A stretch of 64,000 nt of DNA. It comes from an uncultured virus (IMG/VR IMGVR_UViG_3300048911_000053) (lineage: Duplodnaviria > Heunggongvirae > Uroviricota > Caudoviricetes). Positions 58,433-64,000 of this stretch are shown here, piece by piece. The notes beneath the pieces were generated by a model that had not been told where the DNA came from, ran no database searches, and was given only the letters and a program-made list of their open reading frames with translations. The first letter of the stretch is position 1. Each line of letters opens with the position of its first letter. The stretch lies in the IMG/VR virus record IMGVR_UViG_3300048911_000053; one strand, written 5' to 3'. Made by a program: the position numbers and the translations under genes.

Positions 58433-59558
58433 ACATTGTAATCTCAATATCCTTTAACCTTTCAGCTGTCTTCTTTGCATTCTGTACGTGGTACACCTTA
58501 AACATAATCTTAGGGTCTTTCCATCCTCCACTGGTCATTAGTTCCTGCATATCCATATGCTCAGAGAGCATTGATTGAGATGTACGTCTACTATCGTGGA
58601 ACGTTTTTCCTTTCAACCCAATCCGATCTCTATACACTCGAAATAATGTATCTTTTGATGAAGGGGTTAGATTAAAAATAGTTTCCTTATTTCGAGGAAT
58701 ATCTAATGCCAGTTTATAAAGTTCAATAGCATTCTTAACAAGAACAACATGTCGTGCTTCCCCTGTCTTAGATATCTCTTTAGGTATCCATAGGAGTCCT
58801 GCCTCCAAATCAACATTGTTTGGTGTATTAAGTAATATCTCCTGAGATCGTTGCATAGTACAAAGACCAATCTTAAAAGCTAAAGCAACTTCTTGAATTC
58901 GTTTTTGAGGAACAGTTCCATCAACATAACTGAGTTCTTTACAGAGCAAATCGACCTCTTCCTTTGTCCACACACTATCACGAGGAGGACTATCATCGGG
59001 CTTAGGTACAACACCTTTAAGTGGATGACGTTTTATCCAACGCCAACCCATCGGCATAGCTCTGGTAAATATGCTAGAAAGGAGTGTATGGTACTTTCGG
59101 ATACTGGCATCTTTGATCTGTCTCTTACCAAAGCGGCGATCATCAATCCAGTCAAAGAATGGGCTGTACTCGTCTGAGTCAAGTGGGAGGTCGGCGTAGT
59201 ATTCCAATTCACTCAACAACCAATCACCCATTTTCTTGCCACGCATCATCTCATTACGGAGGTATTCAATCTCTCCGACACGTTTACGATAGTTGCGTTT
59301 GGTGCGGTCAAGTTCCTTCTCAATGTACGCATCCATTAAGTCACCCAGCGTTCGAGTGCTTCTAATGGGTACTGTTGGATTCTTTGGAGAACCGTGTTTA
59401 CCATCAAGAATTTCTTGTTCAAGAATTGCAGCAGCACGCTCAGCGGCTTTCGATGTATCTCGGGTGACAGATTTGCGGATACCGTTGACGTAGACCTCGC
59501 AGCGATAGCTGACGATCTTGCCAAGTCGGTTAGTAATTTCTCGTGGTTTAGATGCCAT
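58431..59558 (-). CDS. int: Tyrosine recombinase/phage integrase
   Basis: Catalytic set TMQRSQEI (R), SKTGEAR (K), FHDSRR (HxxR), GGWKD (W), KVYH (Y); N-terminal arm-binding-like domain. Confidence 0.9.
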   Translation of the reverse strand: MASKPREITNRLGKIVSYRCEVYVNGIRKSVTRDTSKAAERAAAILEQEILDGKHGSPKNPTVPIRSTRTLGDLMDAYIEKELDRTKRNYRKRVGEIEYLRNEMMRGKKMGDWLLSELEYYADLPLDSDEYSPFFDWIDDRRFGKRQIKDASIRKYHTLLSSIFTRAMPMGWRWIKRHPLKGVVPKPDDSPPRDSVWTKEEVDLLCKELSYVDGTVPQKRIQEVALAFKIGLCTMQRSQEILLNTPNNVDLEAGLLWIPKEISKTGEARHVVLVKNAIELYKLALDIPRNKETIFNLTPSSKDTLFRVYRDRIGLKGKTFHDSRRTSQSMLSEHMDMQELMTSGGWKDPKIMFKVYHVQNAKKTAERLKDIEITM

Positions 59559-59581
59559 AACAAGTCCTCTCAGAGACTGAA

Positions 59582-59820
59582 GCGTAATTTGAGGCGTAAT
59601 TACGTAGTTAAAGATGGGTTTATTATACGTTAAATTGTATTTAAAGCAATAAGAGTCTATAAACAGCCTTTACAACTTATTGCCTTAAAATCAACAACTT
59701 ACGTACAATTTACCCTCTCTGAGAGAGTTTGTTACAAGCTAAAATGGCTCCGCCTGCTGGGGCCATACGTCTCAGAGAATCAACAACATACGTTATTAAA
59801 GCGTAATTTAGGCGTAATTT
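59582..59820. other. Intact attP: tRNA 3'-end core flanked by arm-type repeats and IHF sites
   Basis: Core 59745-59761 reads CCCAGCAGGCGGAGCCA on the minus strand. Paired GCGTAATT repeats at 59582/59594 and 59801/59812. AATCAACAACTTA (59689) matches IHF WATCAANNNNTTR; near-copy at 59778. Confidence 0.8.
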
Positions 59821-59942
59821 TATGTCAAGGGTCTTGAGAGGAGGTCTTGTAAAAGATTTATTTTAAATTAAGTACAACGAAGACTTTATTTATCGTAGGC
59901 TGTCGTCCAGAATGTGAACTGGGTCACATATGGGAGCTGTCG

Positions 59943-60503
59943 ATGTTTCGAGGGAAGTTTGTCAACAAAACCTACAGCTACACAGAGGTAGCTGATGTTC
60001 TTTCACGGAAGGACGATAAGTTGATTATGGGGGCTGGCGTTACGAGTATCGTTTATAGGCTAACAGGTAATCGAGTAATGAAGCTCGGCCATTGTGGTCC
60101 CTACGACATTATTACAAGTATCCAGACTCCGACAGATTTTGCTGATGACCCATATTTAAATTTCATCAAAATGATTGACGGGTCAGCCAACAGGTATTTC
60201 CCCAAGGTTTATGAGGTTAATCTGTTTGAGGACAAAAGAGATGGTCAGTGTTTTTATACGGTGATGACTGAACTTCTACATCCTCTCCGGTATGACTGCG
60301 TTGAGATGCTGAAACAGTACCGTGATATCGCTTGTGAGGCATTATGCTTTCGCAAATACCCTCTAGGTGATGCCCAGCTCATCATGGCGCTGAACACACT
60401 CTGGAAGCTTCAGGAACGGTTTACGGATGATATCCATCCCGACAATGTTATGTTCCGTGGGGTTGAACACCCCTCTTTAGTGTTCATTGATCCTGTTTGC
60501 TGA
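59943..60503 (+). CDS. Small Ser/Thr protein kinase-like protein
   Basis: GAGVTSIVY, VMKL, FPKVY, DDIHPDNVM catalytic loop, FIDP. Confidence 0.75.
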   Translation: MFRGKFVNKTYSYTEVADVLSRKDDKLIMGAGVTSIVYRLTGNRVMKLGHCGPYDIITSIQTPTDFADDPYLNFIKMIDGSANRYFPKVYEVNLFEDKRDGQCFYTVMTELLHPLRYDCVEMLKQYRDIACEALCFRKYPLGDAQLIMALNTLWKLQERFTDDIHPDNVMFRGVEHPSLVFIDPVC

Positions 60504-60535
60504 CAGTGTATGTGATAAAAATAATAAAATAATTG

Positions 60536-60564
60536 TTGCAAAGTATAATAAATACATATAGACT
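60536..60564 (+). promoter_or_regulatory. Promoter for the two tRNAs
   Basis: TTGCAA-17-TAGACT, spacer contains TATAATAAAT. Confidence 0.6.
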
Positions 60565-60580
60565 TCTTTCCATTGAGTTT

Positions 60581-60657
60581 GGGCCAGTAGCTTAGCCGGT
60601 CAAAGCAATCCGCTCATAACGGATAGATAGTGAGTTCGAGTCTCACATGGCCCACCA
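60581..60657 (+). tRNA. tRNA-CAT (Ile2 or elongator Met)
   Basis: ATCCG-CTCATAA-CGGAT arm, GGGCCA/TGGCCC acceptor, CCA. Confidence 0.9.
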
Positions 60658-60665
60658 ATCAAACT

Positions 60666-60742
60666 CTCCCTGTAGCTCAGTAGGACAGAGCAGCGAGCTT
60701 CTACCTCGTAGGTCGGCGGTTCGATTCCGTCCGGGGAGGCCA
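60666..60742 (+). tRNA. tRNA-Arg(TCT)
   Basis: GCGAG-CTTCTAC-CTCGT arm, A after GG in the D-loop, CCA. Confidence 0.9.
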
Positions 60743-60766
60743 CTTTAATTGGAAGGAGAAGAAGCA

Positions 60767-61165
60767 ATGCCGAAGTTTAATGTTGGTGATCGTGTGGAGA
60801 TCGTGCGGGTAGATTATAGCGATACTGCAAAGGGTATTGAAGTAGGAATGCGGGGGACTGTACTGGAACACGATGATGTCCCCTACGTCTCAATTGATGA
60901 ACTGCATATTATTACTCCTGCTCTGACTCAGGATCAGCTTGAACTGATTGAAGGGAAAGAACGTACCTTCATTATTGGGTCGGTCAACAATCATCAACCG
61001 GGCTTCTCAGTTTCAAAGAATCCCGTCAAACATTCAGACCTGATTAAAGCGAAACAGGAAGCAGAGAGATTAGCAACGACCAGTAATAAAGAGGGTGTTG
61101 AGTTTATTGTATTAGAGGTCATTGGATCGGTTAAGAAAGTATCCAGCCCATTAGTTTGGAAATAA
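60767..61165 (+). CDS. Hypothetical protein (KOW/SH3-like N-terminus)
   Basis: MPKFNVGDRVEIV...PVKHSDLIKAKQEAERLA; AAGGAG RBS. Confidence 0.65.
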   Translation: MPKFNVGDRVEIVRVDYSDTAKGIEVGMRGTVLEHDDVPYVSIDELHIITPALTQDQLELIEGKERTFIIGSVNNHQPGFSVSKNPVKHSDLIKAKQEAERLATTSNKEGVEFIVLEVIGSVKKVSSPLVWK

Positions 61166-61233
61166 AATAAAATAATACTTGCAGTTTATAATAAATGTGG
61201 TATTATGGTTACAACACTTAGGAGTGACAAAGA

Positions 61234-61692
61234 ATGAACGTTAAGCACATGAAGATGATGGCTGACTTGCTGCGAGAGATTGCTGCTGACAAGAAGCTGA
61301 AGAAGCATTTTAACTTGAGAAGTTGGGTAGGTCGCCCTGGAGTTTTAATGGGGAGGACAGAACTTGTAAAGAAACCAAAAGATATGAAAGTACTGGTTTC
61401 TGAATGTGGGACTACTGCATGTGCTTGTGGGTATGCAGGACTGACTCTAGCTTTCATTAAGAAAGGTTTTCAATACAATTCCATAAACCATGACATCACT
61501 TACACAACCGAAGATAATATATTCTTCGCTTGGGAAGCAGTAAAGAAGTTCTTTGACCTAAGCTCGGATATGGCGGAATGGTTATTCTTATATGATACCT
61601 ATTTCGATGCATTCAAAAATGAACACGATCCTAAACCATCCGATGTCCTTCGTCGTGTAGAGTTTTTAATAGAAGAATACACAGCCCGGTAA
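61234..61692 (+). CDS. Hypothetical phage protein (CGTTACACG motif)
   Basis: AGGAG RBS; promoter-like TTGCAG..TATTAT upstream. Confidence 0.7.
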   Translation: MNVKHMKMMADLLREIAADKKLKKHFNLRSWVGRPGVLMGRTELVKKPKDMKVLVSECGTTACACGYAGLTLAFIKKGFQYNSINHDITYTTEDNIFFAWEAVKKFFDLSSDMAEWLFLYDTYFDAFKNEHDPKPSDVLRRVEFLIEEYTAR

Positions 61693-61698
61693 AGATTT

Positions 61699-61758
61699 TG
61701 GAAGCCTTCAGCAAACACTAACATTTGACTTCTAATCAAACCACGTTAAGTGCTTCCA
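61699..61758 (+). ncRNA. Minimal TTCAGCAA-motif RNA displaying an anticodon stem-loop (TCT)
   Basis: TGGAAGC/GCTTCCA closing stem, TTCAGCAAACA, TTTGA-CTTCTAA-TCAAA hairpin. Confidence 0.7.
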
Positions 61759-61779
61759 GTTAATTAAGAGGAAAGATCA

Positions 61780-62397
61780 ATGACATTGCTCGAACAAATC
61801 AAAGCAAACTTGGCAGCAGATCGTAAGAGCGCCAACAGAAGTTCAATCAGCATTCATACAGTGATTATTGGCGAATGCGAACGTGTCCATAAAGACCTGA
61901 ACGATGAAGGTGTAATCAGAGTCTTGAAGAAGCTTCTTAAAGATACAAAAGATGCTTTAAGTTACTTCAAGAGTCCTATTGCAGTAGAGGCAGCAGAGTT
62001 TGAGATTAAAGTGATTGAGTCTTATCTTCCTAAACAACTCACTGAGTATGAGATAAAGAATCAAGTTTCAGTTGCTCGTTCTCTCGGTTGTAATGATGTT
62101 GGAGCAATCATGGGTTTCTTTAAGAAGCAACATAGTGGCCGGTACGATGGAGCACTTGTGAGTAAGTATGCAAAAGGCTTCACCCTTATTGAGCTGTTGA
62201 TAGGTACTGCCATAATTGGAATTGTTGGCGTTATCTTTGTTGGTGCAGTCAAAGGAACTCAGGATAACAACCTGACATACGGCATTAATGGTTTTGTGGA
62301 AACACGTTGTATCAGTGGATATCAGTTTACGGTTGGTGAGCGAGGCCATGTTCATCAAATCTATGATGAGAATGGCCGAGGATTGCCTTGTAAGTAA
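61780..62397 (+). CDS. GatB/YqeY-like domain fused in frame to a prepilin-type (type IV pilin N-terminal motif) protein
   Basis: LLEQIKANL...EIKVIESYLPKQLTEYEI...GAIMGFFKKQHSGRYDGALVSK (YqeY), then KG|FTLIELLIGTAIIGIVGVIFV. Confidence 0.8.
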   Translation: MTLLEQIKANLAADRKSANRSSISIHTVIIGECERVHKDLNDEGVIRVLKKLLKDTKDALSYFKSPIAVEAAEFEIKVIESYLPKQLTEYEIKNQVSVARSLGCNDVGAIMGFFKKQHSGRYDGALVSKYAKGFTLIELLIGTAIIGIVGVIFVGAVKGTQDNNLTYGINGFVETRCISGYQFTVGERGHVHQIYDENGRGLPCK

Positions 62398-62423
62398 TTA
62401 TTCAATTAACGAGAGAAAAGAAT

Positions 62424-62663
62424 ATGTTTAAACATGAACTCGGAAGAAAGGCTGAATCAATAGCTACTGGTTTGAAAGGTGTTCTGACATCCCGCTCAGA
62501 AAATCTCTATGGCTGTAATCGTTATTTCATTCAACCGCGTGTAGGGCAAGAGCAGAAAATCCCTGAAGGCTGGTGGATAGATGAAGATGACATCATCACG
62601 CATGAAGAAATAGTTAAACGAGAAGTTAAAACAACTGGTGGACCAATGAGCCAGAAGTGTTGA
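62424..62663 (+). CDS. Hypothetical phage protein
   Basis: TGLKGVLTSRSENLYGCNRYFIQP...WWIDE...TGGP. Confidence 0.7.
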   Translation: MFKHELGRKAESIATGLKGVLTSRSENLYGCNRYFIQPRVGQEQKIPEGWWIDEDDIITHEEIVKREVKTTGGPMSQKC

Positions 62664-62672
62664 TCTAAGTTT

Positions 62673-62807
62673 TGCATCCTTACAGCAAACAATCTTCTAT
62701 CCATGTGGAGGACGTAGGGTTGGTTCGAATCCAACCTCCCCGGTCTAGCGGGGAGTAGTGTAGTGGTAGCACGCGTAAAGAGATGGTGGTAATCCACTAA
62801 GGATGCA
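62673..62807 (+). ncRNA. Circularly permuted tRNA-like RNA (anticodon GTG) inside a TACAGCAA-motif closing stem
   Basis: TGCATCCTTA/TAAGGATGCA stem, TCC-ATGTGGA-GGACG, GTTGG-TTCGAAT-CCAAC, CTCCCCG-GTCTAG-CGGGGAG, GTGT-AGTGGTA-GCAC, GCGTA. Confidence 0.85.
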
Positions 62808-62815
62808 GTAGTTTG

Positions 62816-62900
62816 GCCCGAATAGCGCGTAAGTCTTTGTTGTTAGCTTACCGGCAACAATAAAGCGCCGAAAACGTATTCGATGAAAGGTCGAAAGGGC
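62816..62900 (+). ncRNA. Candidate structured RNA between the two permuted tRNAs
   Basis: GCCC/GGGC, CGAATA/TATTCG, GCGC/GCGC and TTGTTGTT/GGCAACAA pairings; no ORF. Confidence 0.45.
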
Positions 62901-62910
62901 AGATTATTTT

Positions 62911-63030
62911 TGGATGACTACAGCAAACAAACAGCCTATTAAGCCGTGGGTCGTAGGTTCGAGTCCTGCCTCCGTAACTGTAATCGGTACGGTGTAGCTC
63001 AGTTGGTAGAGCAACGTAAATGTTCATCCA
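62911..63030 (+). ncRNA. Circularly permuted tRNA-like RNA (anticodon ATT) inside a TACAGCAA-motif closing stem
   Basis: TGGATGA/TCATCCA stem, GC-CTATTAA-GCCGT, GTAGG-TTCGAGT-CCTGC, CTCCGTA-11nt-TACGGTG, GCTC-AGTTGGTA-GAGC, AACGTA. Confidence 0.85.
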
Positions 63031-63075
63031 GTTAACCTAAACATAAATTTAAATAGAGAGAAGCAAAGAAGGGAA

Positions 63076-64000
63076 ATGAAGAATTATATTGGTTTAGTAA
63101 ATGATCATTCTGGTTCAATGAGTCATTTGGCAAAAGCAGCAGCAAGTGATTACAACACAAACATCACTGCAATCAAAGATGCAGCAAGTCGTGAGATGTT
63201 GGATACCGTAGTTTCTGTGGTTGGTATTGGCCTCAGTAACAATGGTCATGGTGTGGTACGTCAAGTTCAAATCTCCAATCCGCATGTATTGAAACCTATT
63301 CAATCATGGCCGACTCCCGGTGGTACTCCTTTATGGGATGGTGTTGGTGAAATGATTGAATTGTTTGAATCCTTACCGGATGCAAATTCTCCTGATGTGT
63401 CGTTTCTTGTGATCACGACGACTGATGGTGAGGAGATGCATTCAACTCGATACACACGCTATTCATTGGCTGCGAAGATTCAATCATTGCAACAATCTGG
63501 TCGTTGGACATTTGTGTTCCGCGTACCGAAGGGTAATCGTAATTCCCTGAATGGTCTTGGTGTTCCTATCGATAACATCCAAGAGTGGGAAACAACTGCA
63601 ACGGGTATTGCAAAATCAACCGTAGCAACAACTCAGGCAATGGATAACTACTTCACTACACGTTCTGCTGGTGCTCGTTCATCGAATGCCTTTTATGCAA
63701 ATGCGAGTTCAGTGAATACATCTGCATTGAAAGATATCAGCAGTGATGTTTCGTTATACATCGTAGCGGATAGTCAAATGGGTATGGAGATTCGTGAATT
63801 TATTCTGACGAAACGTATGGAATATTTAAAAGGATCAGCGTTCTACCAATTGACTAAGACTGAAGCACGAGTACAACACGATAAATTGATTATTGTTCGT
63901 GACCGTACCACTGGTGCTTTCTATGCCGGTAAAGCCGCTCGTGGAATGATTGGTTTACCAACAGACCGTAATGCACGTCTACATCCCGATGATCATGGCA
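63076..64000 (+). CDS. von Willebrand factor A (vWA) domain protein, 3' partial
   Basis: Not in the ORF track. MKNYIGLVNDHSGSM (MIDAS DxSxS), GGTPLWDG, TTDGEE; open to the window end. Confidence 0.85.
   Translation, partial: MKNYIGLVNDHSGSMSHLAKAAASDYNTNITAIKDAASREMLDTVVSVVGIGLSNNGHGVVRQVQISNPHVLKPIQSWPTPGGTPLWDGVGEMIELFESLPDANSPDVSFLVITTTDGEEMHSTRYTRYSLAAKIQSLQQSGRWTFVFRVPKGNRNSLNGLGVPIDNIQEWETTATGIAKSTVATTQAMDNYFTTRSAGARSSNAFYANASSVNTSALKDISSDVSLYIVADSQMGMEIREFILTKRMEYLKGSAFYQLTKTEARVQHDKLIIVRDRTTGAFYAGKAARGMIGLPTDRNARLHPDDHG

Noticed and set aside
59897..59931. Possible pseudoknot upstream of the kinase (CCAG/CTGG with ATGTGA/TCACAT)
   Set aside because: The connector between the stems is too short for a plausible H-type fold, and there is no other support.
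60666..60742. Possible amber suppressor tRNA (CTA in the loop)
   Set aside because: The 7-nt loop CTTCTAC puts TCT at positions 34-36 and the D-loop A fits Arg. Genes end normally at TAG, so there is no sign of recoding.
63076..64000. Calling the vWA gene Ro60/Rsr
   Set aside because: The vWA domain is at the N-terminus with no preceding TROVE helical domain.

Overview
64 kb of a contractile-tailed dsDNA phage genome. Gene content and order resemble Pakpunavirus/Ounavirinae-type myoviruses. The host is probably a gammaproteobacterium, inferred from an H-NS homologue, an IHF consensus site and sigma70-type promoters. 1-27 kb (minus strand) is the virion module from large terminase to tail fibre. 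It includes a tail-completion protein fused to two GH5 glycoside hydrolase domains and a beta-helix depolymerase-like protein. 27.4-29.6 kb holds 15 tRNA genes interleaved with other structured RNAs. 31-46 kb (plus strand) carries PhoH, a ClpP-like protease, dCMP deaminase, a macrodomain, DNA ligase, KilA-N, RNA-repair enzymes and a Prs/Nampt-like NAD pair. 46-52 kb holds small early-type genes, an H-NS homologue, NrdR-box-like repeats and a 23-bp repeat array. 58-60 kb holds an excisionase-like gene, a tyrosine integrase and an intact attP whose core matches a tRNA 3' end. The most striking observation is a family of four small RNAs sharing a closing stem, a T(A/T)CAGCAA motif and a 7-nt anticodon loop. 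Three are complete circularly permuted tRNAs broken in the 5' strand of the anticodon stem, and one is a bare anticodon hairpin. Three of the four cluster with YqeY and vWA genes. All calls come from reading the sequence by eye; no database searches were run.
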